DNA from: Phycisphaerae bacterium | Lineage (GTDB): Bacteria; Planctomycetota; Phycisphaerae; Phycisphaerales; SM1A02 | Direction of reading: 5' to 3' | NCBI GenBank assembly: GCA_002702575.1 | Contig: PAAJ01000018.1 | Span: 209,328-273,327, forward strand | Length of the DNA: 64,000 nucleotides | Part shown: one piece after another, positions 8,897 to 16,402 of the stretch | How positions within the stretch are numbered: position 1 is the first letter of the stretch | How the letters are laid out: each line of letters begins with the position of its first letter | Notes under the pieces: generated by a model | What the model saw: the letters and a program-made list of their open reading frames with translations, nothing else | What the model was told of the DNA's origin: nothing | Database searches by the model: none | Translations under genes and position numbers: made by a program

Positions 8897-9496
8897 TCAG
8901 TTGACGGACCGTCTCGAACGGTGAGCGCCGTTTCCGTTCACGTGTCCATTTCCGTTCGTGTGCCCGTTTCCATTCGAATGTCCATTCCCGTTGGAATGGC
9001 CGTTCGCTCGGAGGCTTCCGTTTCCATTGACCAGCTGTTCACAGGCTTCCAGGTCTTCCATGACCCGTCCGCTGAGAACCTGCCCGATGTAGATCCGGCA
9101 ATCCGATTCCATGGCGAGGTGTCCAACGAGTTCGCAATCGAGGAAGTACCGACATCGTTCAAGAATCGGTGACCCTGTGACATCCGTCATGCATTGAAGT
9201 CCGACGAAGGGATCTTCAACACGATTGGGGTCCTGTGTGAAGCGTCGTTGGATGACCCGGTCGTCGGTCCGGATCGAACAGATGGCAAAGTGTCGACTGT
9301 CCCGAATGACGGGTTCGATGGCCGTGCCTCTCGGGATCGCGACACTGACAAGCATGGGCACCTGGCTGCATTGCTGCACCCATCGAGTCATGAATCCGGC
9401 ACGCAGATCATCCGCCTGTGAAGTCATCAGGAACGATCCCTGAGGCAGTGCCTCAGCGATCGATGGATCGATATGACCGAATTCTGTTGAATCCAT
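8897..9496 (-). CDS. flavin reductase-like (FMN-binding split-barrel) protein with Asn/Gly/His repeat tail
   Basis: The core resembles the flavin reductase domain (MLVSVAIPRG...HFAICSI...FLDCELV). The C-terminus is NGHSNGNGHSNGNGHTNGNGHVNGNG. Start chosen at MDSTEF (9496); MTSQADD is an alternative. Confidence 0.65.
   Translation of the reverse strand: MDSTEFGHIDPSIAEALPQGSFLMTSQADDLRAGFMTRWVQQCSQVPMLVSVAIPRGTAIEPVIRDSRHFAICSIRTDDRVIQRRFTQDPNRVEDPFVGLQCMTDVTGSPILERCRYFLDCELVGHLAMESDCRIYIGQVLSGRVMEDLEACEQLVNGNGSLRANGHSNGNGHSNGNGHTNGNGHVNGNGAHRSRRSVN
8925..9010 (-). repeat. imperfect 18-bp tandem repeat encoding (NGHxNG)n
   Basis: Visible iterations gtgtccatttccgttc / gtgtgcccgtttccattc / gaatgtccattcccgttg / gaatggccgttcgc on the plus strand. 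Confidence 0.6.
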
Positions 9497-9799
9497 GATG
9501 CGTAATCTCGATATGAACTTCCTGCGATGTCCGCATGTCGAGCGTGACAGGCGACAGTTCAGTCTGCGCCAGAATTTGAGAAGTGCCTCGAGTGATTCTC
9601 GACTCCACGACAAGTCTTTCCAGATCCTGCTCACAGACCGATAAAGAGCAGATTGAGATCGCATACAGGGCACTTGGGAGGCATCTCGTTGTCCCAATCG
9701 AGTGTTGAGGCACAGGTGAACTGGTTGAATTCGAAAAAATCGCTCATGGAGCGATAACCACACGATTCTTGGGGCCTTCAAGCTGAATGGTGGATTTGG

Positions 9800-9857
9800 G
9801 TGGGGTGGAGATGGGGGGATAGGGCTGAAATGTGTTGCAAAGTGGGGCGTCGTGGGG
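9800..9857 (+). promoter_or_regulatory. GTGGG(G) direct repeats, candidate MraZ operator
   Basis: GTGGG at 9842-9846 and 9852-9856, with an exact 10-bp period. Further GTGGG/GTGGA copies at 9800-9809. The E. coli MraZ operator consists of GTGGG repeats with 5-nt spacers. Confidence 0.45.
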
Positions 9858-9863
9858 TAATCT
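9835..9863 (+). promoter_or_regulatory. candidate sigma70-type promoter of mraZ (-35 TTGCAA, 17-nt spacer, -10 TAATCT)
   Basis: TTGCAA at 9835-9840 and TAATCT at 9858-9863. The spacer holds two GTGGGG repeats. The promoter lies about 145 nt upstream of the mraZ GTG. Confidence 0.4.
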
Positions 9864-10007
9864 CCCGGGCAGTTGAGTAGCAGGTGTCGGAATCAACTTC
9901 CGGCTGGGCGAGACCCACTCGCCCGATTGGGATGGCCCAGGAATTGGCAGTCTGCCAAGGGCCGAGCCGGGGGTCGCCTGCTACAGGCCAGGGTGAGGAC
10001 CTGATGC

Positions 10008-10481
10008 GTGTTGTTCACAGGCGAGTACGAGCACACGATCGACGCGAAGCATCGCGTAGCCATCCCTTCCGAGATCAGATCTCGGTTGGATCCGAAGCTG
10101 CATGGCTCGGCGTTCTACCTTGCGCCAGGGACAGATGCCTCGTTATGGCTCTGGCCGGAAAAGACCTTCGAAATGCTGGCTTCGACTTCGGAGCAGTCAC
10201 TGCTTCCCGACGAGGATCTGGCCGAATTCGAAGAGCTGCTCTACAGCCAATCCTCATGGGTGGAACCGGACAAGTCGGGTCGGATCAGAATTCCGGAACG
10301 GCTTCTGAAGCTCGCCCATTTGGATTCAAGCGTCGTCATCCTCGGCGTCAAGGACCACCTCGAGTTGCGGGATCCTGCAGCCTGGGCGGCCAGACGAGAC
10401 GAGAAACTGGCAAAGCAGGCAGAAATCGTCCTTCGAGCACGACGCGCTCAGGCGCGTCAACGAGGGCATGGAGGTGAGTAA
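10008..10481 (+). CDS. mraZ: transcriptional regulator MraZ
   Basis: GTG start. N-terminus is LFTGEYEHTIDAKHRVAIPSEIR, and a second SpoVT/AbrB-like half reads VEPDKSGRIRIPERL, the typical duplicated MraZ architecture. Confidence 0.9.
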   Translation: MLFTGEYEHTIDAKHRVAIPSEIRSRLDPKLHGSAFYLAPGTDASLWLWPEKTFEMLASTSEQSLLPDEDLAEFEELLYSQSSWVEPDKSGRIRIPERLLKLAHLDSSVVILGVKDHLELRDPAAWAARRDEKLAKQAEIVLRARRAQARQRGHGGE

Positions 10482-10860
10482 GCCGTCGAGATGACGGATT
10501 GACATTGCACGGCTGGATTCGGGTGTGTTCCTGGTGGATCAGGCTTCGGCAAGGAGGCCAAGCATGATGACCGCACCACCGGGCCACGGAAGGCTCGAGG
10601 CATCGTAGACCCAGGCCAGGTCGCCAAGTCCCACCGGCGACCTTGCACGCCGCCAGGGCACGTCCCGAATCATGAAGCATGCAGGCCATGGACGGCCTGC
10701 ACAAACCGGCAGGTATTCCCCCTCAACGACACGGACGTCGTTGTGGCCCTGCCAACCTCCCGGTCTTCGGGATTCTGCATGACCGTCTCTGAAAGGACGC
10801 GGCCATGCTTCCTCAACGAGGCCGCCGGACCGTCCGGTCCCGGCCTACCCCTTCCCGGTT

Positions 10861-10896
10861 CGTGGCGTGTCCCACCACACGTCACGAACTTTTTTT
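10861..10896 (+). terminator. rho-independent terminator (plus-strand orientation)
   Basis: 10-bp stem CGTGGCGTGT / ACACGTCACG (one G-U pair), loop CCCACC, then AAC and T7. On the minus strand no U-tract follows the stem. Confidence 0.7.
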
Positions 10897-10913
10897 ACTG
10901 GTCGGTTCAGACG

Positions 10914-11129
10914 TCAGCTGCCGGCTGGCCGAATCTTGCCCAGCACGGTCGGGTTTTCAGAGGCGATTTGATCCGCCACTTCCCGCCTGTGCACTTCCAC
11001 ATCACGTGGGAAGTTCAGGGCCAATCGGACTCGATCGCCTTTGACAGAAGCAACCCGTACCACCCCTATGGGGTTGGCTGGATCGCCTATGACAACCTCT
11101 TCACCTTCTCTTCGCGTAATCACCAGCAT
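10914..11129 (-). CDS. csrA: carbon storage regulator CsrA
   Basis: MLVITRREGEEVVIGD...VRLALNFPRDVEVHRREV is the canonical CsrA core. GGAGG lies 8 nt upstream of the ATG. Confidence 0.9.
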   Translation of the reverse strand: MLVITRREGEEVVIGDPANPIGVVRVASVKGDRVRLALNFPRDVEVHRREVADQIASENPTVLGKIRPAGS

Positions 11130-11291
11130 CGATAGGACCTCCTGCCCTGATCAGAGGATGCTGCAAACCCGGGGCAGCATTGCCCCGGTCCACCAATGTG
11201 CAGGGTACACGACAAAGGCCCTCAGCCCAACCCCTTGGATCAAGAGATCTGGCCAGGGATCGGCATCCAACTGGTTGTCCGATAAGAGCTT

Positions 11292-11325
11292 GGAAAAAGG
11301 GGTAGAGAGGCCTTCAGGCCTCTTC
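11292..11325 (-). terminator. weak hairpin plus T5 downstream of the nfu-like gene
   Basis: On the minus strand AGAGGCC-UGAA-GGCCUCU overlaps the stop codon and is followed by CTACCCCTTTTT. The T-run is offset from the stem, so confidence is low. Confidence 0.3.
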
Positions 11326-11574
11326 TGCGGTGACCGAAGCGAAGCCGGGAACGTATTCCCGGAGGTTTCTTTCGATCAGCGACTGGAGTGTCATCGCTCT
11401 GGATGGGCAGCTGACACAGGCCCCCTGAAAGCGAATCTTGACGTTTCCAGCCTCGTCAACTGATACCAGCTCAATATCACCGCCATCCTCCTGGATGACC
11501 GGTCGCATGGCATCAAGGACCCGTTCAACTTCAGATTGGATGGGGCTCTTCGTCATGGTTGGTTCATCGTTCAT
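11314..11574 (-). CDS. NifU C-terminal domain (Nfu-type) Fe-S assembly protein
   Basis: VERVLDAMRPVIQEDGGDIELVSVDEAGNVKIRFQGACVSCPSRAMTLQ contains the CxxC motif. The start is uncertain (11574 or 11556). Confidence 0.8.
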   Translation of the reverse strand: MNDEPTMTKSPIQSEVERVLDAMRPVIQEDGGDIELVSVDEAGNVKIRFQGACVSCPSRAMTLQSLIERNLREYVPGFASVTAEEA

Positions 11575-11652
11575 GGGGTAGTGATCAAAGTCGCGTCGTC
11601 GTGGTTCTGGGTCATGGCTTGACCCAACAGCTTCAAGAGTACCATAGCTCAC

Positions 11653-13104
11653 ATGCACAGTCCCATTCTTCCCTCATTGATTCTCTGCCTGACCGGAATG
11701 CTGATCGGGTGTGGGAAGCCTGTCACGGACCCCGTATCAACTCTGGCTGATCCCGGAACACACAGCAGTCGGCATCGCCAGAGCCTGGACATGATCCGGA
11801 CCAGTCCTGATCGCACAAGCCCTGATGGAACAGATGCCCTGCAGGGCCTCATCTACAGGCCTGGTTATGCAGATGATGTTCGACTGGATGGGATCGAGAT
11901 CCTTCTAGAGTCCAATCGAGAACGCCTCATCAGGACGACGCGTCAGCGGTTGTCACGGACTGAAGATCCTCAGTGGCTCGAAGCATATTGCGACTGGATC
12001 TCAAAACAGGATTGGTCGGAGCCAGACGAAAAGAAGTCCATCAACGAGGCACTTGTGAGCAGTTGGGGCGTCTGGTGGCCAGTCTGGACCAAAGAGGAGA
12101 CGCGACCGGAGTACCAGGCGCTCGTGGAGATCAACGGCGAAGACGAGGTGATTCCACTGGTCTTCGAGATCTTCACTGAGAGCAACAAAGCATCCCAACA
12201 GGGTCTCAGGAATCGTTGTTGGGAACTGCTCCATCGACTCGGAAAGCGGGGCGAACTGATTGAACTTGTCCGAGCCACGACGGATGAATCCGGCAATGCC
12301 ATGATGGTTGACTTGAAAGCAGCTGCAGATGATTTCGGAACCGTTCCATACAACCGTGAAGAAATCCTCTGGCTTCGAAAACTGAGACAACCAGAACGTC
12401 AGGCCTTCTGGGACGAGGCCCGGGAAGCCGTTCGTGATGTCCCCCAATCTCGTCGCCCGGATATGGAGATTCGGGATCTTGCCGTCGTCGTCGCTGCAAG
12501 CAAGCATCGTCCGGAACTTCTGGTCATGTCGAAGGACGATCTGTACGAGCAGGTCGATTCCCAGACCCGAAATCTCAAGCACTACTACGAATCCGAGCCG
12601 GGCCTGCCCACGGATGGCAATCGTCGCGAACGTCTTCGGACGCATCGTTCACTGCTGACGTGGGGTGATCTGGCTGCCATCAGCATCGCCCTGGAAGCGC
12701 TTTCGCATGCTCCCATTCGATCTCATCTATTCGATTACGCCGATCGCGACTGTGATGACAAGGGGACCGAGTACGGAGGCATCATCCAGCTGGATGAACA
12801 GGGGCGATTCGAACTCAGGGAGTTTCTGCCCAAGATTCGTCACAACGACCGGCGTTTCAATGCATCGCAGCAGATGTTCGACGCCGGCTACACCGCCATC
12901 TATCACATGCATTTTCATGCCCAGAGATATGGCAACTCCAGACACGCCGGCCCCGGGCTTGGAGATCTGAACTATGCAGACAACACCCGGACCAACAACC
13001 TGGTCTTCACGTTTGTCGACGAAGACACGTTGAATGTGGACTTCTATCGGCATGACAAGGTCATCGTGGATCTGGGAACCATCACTCGGCCCGGCTCCGG
13101 TTGA
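11653..13104 (+). CDS. hypothetical lipoprotein with C-terminal His-rich (HMHFH) domain
   Basis: Signal/lipobox LCLTGMLIGC. 483-aa ORF with no confident family. Confidence 0.65.
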   Translation: MHSPILPSLILCLTGMLIGCGKPVTDPVSTLADPGTHSSRHRQSLDMIRTSPDRTSPDGTDALQGLIYRPGYADDVRLDGIEILLESNRERLIRTTRQRLSRTEDPQWLEAYCDWISKQDWSEPDEKKSINEALVSSWGVWWPVWTKEETRPEYQALVEINGEDEVIPLVFEIFTESNKASQQGLRNRCWELLHRLGKRGELIELVRATTDESGNAMMVDLKAAADDFGTVPYNREEILWLRKLRQPERQAFWDEAREAVRDVPQSRRPDMEIRDLAVVVAASKHRPELLVMSKDDLYEQVDSQTRNLKHYYESEPGLPTDGNRRERLRTHRSLLTWGDLAAISIALEALSHAPIRSHLFDYADRDCDDKGTEYGGIIQLDEQGRFELREFLPKIRHNDRRFNASQQMFDAGYTAIYHMHFHAQRYGNSRHAGPGLGDLNYADNTRTNNLVFTFVDEDTLNVDFYRHDKVIVDLGTITRPGSG

Positions 13105-13110
13105 ATCAGA

Positions 13111-14475
13111 ATGACCGTCTGGCCATTGCTGCTGGTCGCCGCGGTCCTTGCGGTGGATTCGGGTCTTGGCCTCTCGGTCTGGCCCAGTGATCAGTCCCTG
13201 TTGATTCTCCTTGTTGCGACCATCCCCATGCTCGTGGTGGTCATCATGACCTGGTCGAGATGTGTGTTCATCGCTCGCCAGGTTCAGGCGGGCCGACTTC
13301 AGTCTTTGCCGGAAGCAGCGTTGATCCTGAAGGTCGCAAGATGGCTCCTTGTGATCAACGCGCTCTTCGTGATCGTGATGACGGACTGGTTGGCGGTTGT
13401 TCGCAATCAGATGGGGAACGCTGTTCTTCTGGACGAGCTTGTGGTGCTGATGCCCGTCCTTGCGGGCATGTTCATGCTCGGTCTGGCCTGGTTCCCGGTA
13501 GAACACGCGCTCGCGAAACGACAAGGTGATCGAATGAAAGGGCGGTTGGATTACGCCTGGTCCCAGTTCTCGATCCACTGTCTGCTCGTTCTCACACCCG
13601 CTCTCGTCATCCTGGCCATCATGGAATGTGTCGAAGGCATCCGCATGCCGGGATGGAAGGGGCTCGGACTCCAGTTGGTGACGGGTGCTCTGGTGGTGGT
13701 GTTGTTCCTTGGCATGCCGCTGATCGTTCGATTGATCCTGGCCGTGAAACCTCTGGAACATGGTCCACTCCGGGAACGTCTTGACCAGGTCTGCGTACGT
13801 CATGGTGTCGGTGTTCGCGACATTCTTCTCTGGAGAACAGGCGGCGTCATGTTGAATGCCGCCGTCGTCGGGCTCATGGGCGTCTGTCGCTATGTCCTGC
13901 TGACCGATACGCTTGTCCGGGTGCTTCCGGATGAGCAGTCCGAAGCAGTCATGGCACACGAGATTGGTCATGTACGTCTGCGTCACATGCCCTGGCTCTT
14001 TGGCGTCATCGTGTCTCTGGTGCTTCTGGTCGAGGCCATCCTGTCACCTTTGGGCACAATCAACCAGTTCGGAGGTCTTGTGCATCTTGGGATTCTGCTG
14101 GGCGTGGTCTGGGGCGGGCTTGGCTGGGTATCCCGCCGATTCGAACAGCAGGCGGATACCTTCGCAGTCCTTCATTTCACAGGCCAGTCCGAAGAGGCCG
14201 GGCAATCCGGAGTGCCCCTCGAAGCGATCGCCCATGTCGTGGGTGCGCTCCGGGCGGTCGCCTGGATGAATGGAGACGTTGGTCAGCGATCCAGCTGGAG
14301 ACACGGATCAATTGCATACCGTTGCAGCAACCTCGAGAAACTCGCTGGATGCGCCCCGGGGAAGCTGCCGATCGATACAGTTGTGGGCAGGATCAAGCTG
14401 ACGACCGTCATTGTGGGTGTCGTGGGTCTGGCCGCCTTGATCGCGATGTCCAATGGAATGGGTCATGATGTCTGA
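13111..14475 (+). CDS. M48-family zinc metallopeptidase, integral membrane
   Basis: Multiple TM helices, an HEXXH motif (AVMAHEIGHVRLRH) and a downstream FEQQADTFA. Confidence 0.8.
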   Translation: MTVWPLLLVAAVLAVDSGLGLSVWPSDQSLLILLVATIPMLVVVIMTWSRCVFIARQVQAGRLQSLPEAALILKVARWLLVINALFVIVMTDWLAVVRNQMGNAVLLDELVVLMPVLAGMFMLGLAWFPVEHALAKRQGDRMKGRLDYAWSQFSIHCLLVLTPALVILAIMECVEGIRMPGWKGLGLQLVTGALVVVLFLGMPLIVRLILAVKPLEHGPLRERLDQVCVRHGVGVRDILLWRTGGVMLNAAVVGLMGVCRYVLLTDTLVRVLPDEQSEAVMAHEIGHVRLRHMPWLFGVIVSLVLLVEAILSPLGTINQFGGLVHLGILLGVVWGGLGWVSRRFEQQADTFAVLHFTGQSEEAGQSGVPLEAIAHVVGALRAVAWMNGDVGQRSSWRHGSIAYRCSNLEKLAGCAPGKLPIDTVVGRIKLTTVIVGVVGLAALIAMSNGMGHDV

Positions 14476-15283
14476 TCGATTGCCGATGCTCAGATGGATG
14501 CAGGGGACGGGCAACCGTTTCGCAATCGCCGATCAGGCGGACCTTCAGGATCGGGACCCGTCAGAACTGGCTCGGTTGCTGGCAGCCCACCCGCATCGTC
14601 CCGATGGACTGCTTGTTCTTGCACCCGATGCAACGACATCGGATGTAGCCATGCGAATCTTCAACTCGGACGGTTCAGAAGCCCGGATGTGCGGCAATGG
14701 ACTTCGATGTGTCGTCTACGACCAGGTTCGACGGGGTCTTGTGGGAGCGGGGCCAGCCCGAATCCGGGTCGGTGATCATGTTCTTGAGGGACGTGTCCAG
14801 AGTGTTTCCGGTCAGGAAGCACTCGTGTGCACGACCATGCCCGTGCCCACAATCGTCCGGACCGAGGGGCTGCTTCAAGTTGAACTTGGCAACATGCATG
14901 TGATCGTGATGCATGACCAGTTGCCGTCCGAGGAGTCCTGGCGATACCAGGTGGGCAAGCTTCATGAGCAAGGTCTGAATGATGTGAATTTGCATGCCGT
15001 TCAGATTCTGTCGGAGGACACCATCGCGATGTCTTCTTGGGAACGTGGTGTCGGGCCGACGCTCGCGTGTGCTTCCGGGGCAACTGCTGCGGTCTCGGGT
15101 CTTGCCAGCATGAACAGGATCCACGACAGTGTCCTCGTGAAACAACCAGGTGGGGAACTGCGGGTGCATTGGCAAGGTGATGGCGCTCAGCCGACCAACT
15201 CGGGCATGGTGGGCGACCTCGATGAGGATGAGCAGGGACCGTCCGGGAACAACATGAGGCAACGGCACTGTGAACAGACTTGA
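14465..15283 (+). CDS. dapF: diaminopimelate epimerase
   Basis: GTGNRFAIAD, MCGNGLRCV and LACASGATAA provide the two catalytic Cys contexts. The start is ambiguous (14453, 14465 or 14468), and each option overlaps the M48 gene end. Confidence 0.85.
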   Translation: MMSDRLPMLRWMQGTGNRFAIADQADLQDRDPSELARLLAAHPHRPDGLLVLAPDATTSDVAMRIFNSDGSEARMCGNGLRCVVYDQVRRGLVGAGPARIRVGDHVLEGRVQSVSGQEALVCTTMPVPTIVRTEGLLQVELGNMHVIVMHDQLPSEESWRYQVGKLHEQGLNDVNLHAVQILSEDTIAMSSWERGVGPTLACASGATAAVSGLASMNRIHDSVLVKQPGGELRVHWQGDGAQPTNSGMVGDLDEDEQGPSGNNMRQRHCEQT

Positions 15284-16355
15284 ACTTCCACAGGTACGGG
15301 TCAGTGGCTCACCGATGACCATGGGTGAGCAGTTGGGGGAGTCGCTCCGGGACATGGCTCGTGGGCTGGTTGCGCTCCGATTGAAGAACGCATCGGACTA
15401 TCTGGCGGAACGTCGTATCGAAGGCGGTCTGGATCTGTATCGAAGAGTCGGCACTGCCTGCCTGGAACATCTCGAACGGTGGGATCCCATCGGCCATGCA
15501 GAGCTGGCGGGTACGGCAAGGGGTGCCGGGATTCCGCTGATCGATCTCTACTCGGCGGTCAATCTCACGGATATCCGAGACGTCTCATCGATCGGTGTCA
15601 TCGAAGGATCCCATGATGAGGGTTGTACGGCTTTCATGGCACCCGTTCAGCAGGAGACGCCCCTCCTGGTTGGACAGACCTGGGATCTGAATGCCGGTGA
15701 TCTTGAATTCGTCGTTGCCGTTCATCGTGTCCCCGATGATGGTCCGGAGACCTGGAGCGTGACGGTTGCCGGCGCACCAACGCTCATTGGGATGAATGAA
15801 CACGGACTTTGGGTCGGTACGACAAACATCAAGGTTCGTGGGGCGCGTCCAGGCGTCGGATACATGGATATTCAGCATCGTGTCATTCGTGAACGAAGTC
15901 ATGATGCTGCCGTGAAGCTGGCCATGGATGCGCCGCGGGCAGCCGCCCACACCTACTGGTATGCCGACGAATCCGGTGGGACGGAACTGGAATGTTCCGC
16001 AGACCGCGCCGTGAGAAGACCTCTTGGCAGCGTTCCATTGATCCAGACGAATCATTGCCTCGATGATGATCATGTCGTTCAGGAAGGCGAGCCGCCACAG
16101 CCCAGCAGTCGCGCAAGACTCTCCCGGGCCACGGCACTCCTGGCCAGCGGCTCGGTAGACGCGGCTCGAGCACGGGACATCATGGCCGATCGATCTGATG
16201 GCGTGCTGTCCATCAACCGGTTGCCGGAGGATGGCGAACCGACGACCACCAACGCCTGCACGATCGGTGTACCCCAGAACCGGGCGTTCGAGGCATGTCG
16301 GGGGAGTGCGGATCGCGGTGAGTGGGTGACGCTCGCCTTTGAACGAGCTTCCTGA
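15270..16355 (+). CDS. C45-family peptidase / acyl-CoA:6-APA acyltransferase-like Ntn hydrolase
   Basis: The EGCTAFMAP nucleophile context and GQTWDL motif. Confidence 0.65.
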   Translation: MNRLELPQVRVSGSPMTMGEQLGESLRDMARGLVALRLKNASDYLAERRIEGGLDLYRRVGTACLEHLERWDPIGHAELAGTARGAGIPLIDLYSAVNLTDIRDVSSIGVIEGSHDEGCTAFMAPVQQETPLLVGQTWDLNAGDLEFVVAVHRVPDDGPETWSVTVAGAPTLIGMNEHGLWVGTTNIKVRGARPGVGYMDIQHRVIRERSHDAAVKLAMDAPRAAAHTYWYADESGGTELECSADRAVRRPLGSVPLIQTNHCLDDDHVVQEGEPPQPSSRARLSRATALLASGSVDAARARDIMADRSDGVLSINRLPEDGEPTTTNACTIGVPQNRAFEACRGSADRGEWVTLAFERAS

Positions 16356-16402
16356 GACTCTCCGACGCCTCACCCGCCTTCAGCGAATACAATCCGTCAT
16401 CC

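Noticed and set aside
9884-10477. 197-aa plus-strand ORF overlapping mraZ in another frame.
   Set aside because: The mraZ frame has unmistakable MraZ motifs. The alternative frame is Arg/Gly/Ser-rich with no features.
10482-10860. Whether the mraZ-csrA spacer is tmRNA, RNase P RNA, SRP RNA or a CsrB-type sponge.
   Set aside because: On either strand I found no GGAAAGTCCGGGC-type P4 element (RNase P), no GGUUCGA T-loop with a CCA-proximal acceptor (tmRNA), and no GGAAGCAGCC-type SRP domain IV motif. The GGA count (about 10 in 380 nt) is close to the compositional expectation. I therefore report only the unassigned transcript and terminator.
12727-13986. 419-aa minus-strand ORF overlapping the lipoprotein and M48 peptidase genes.
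   Set aside because: Antisense to genes with clear motifs (HEXXH and TM helices). It has the same H/D/E/Q-rich shadow composition.
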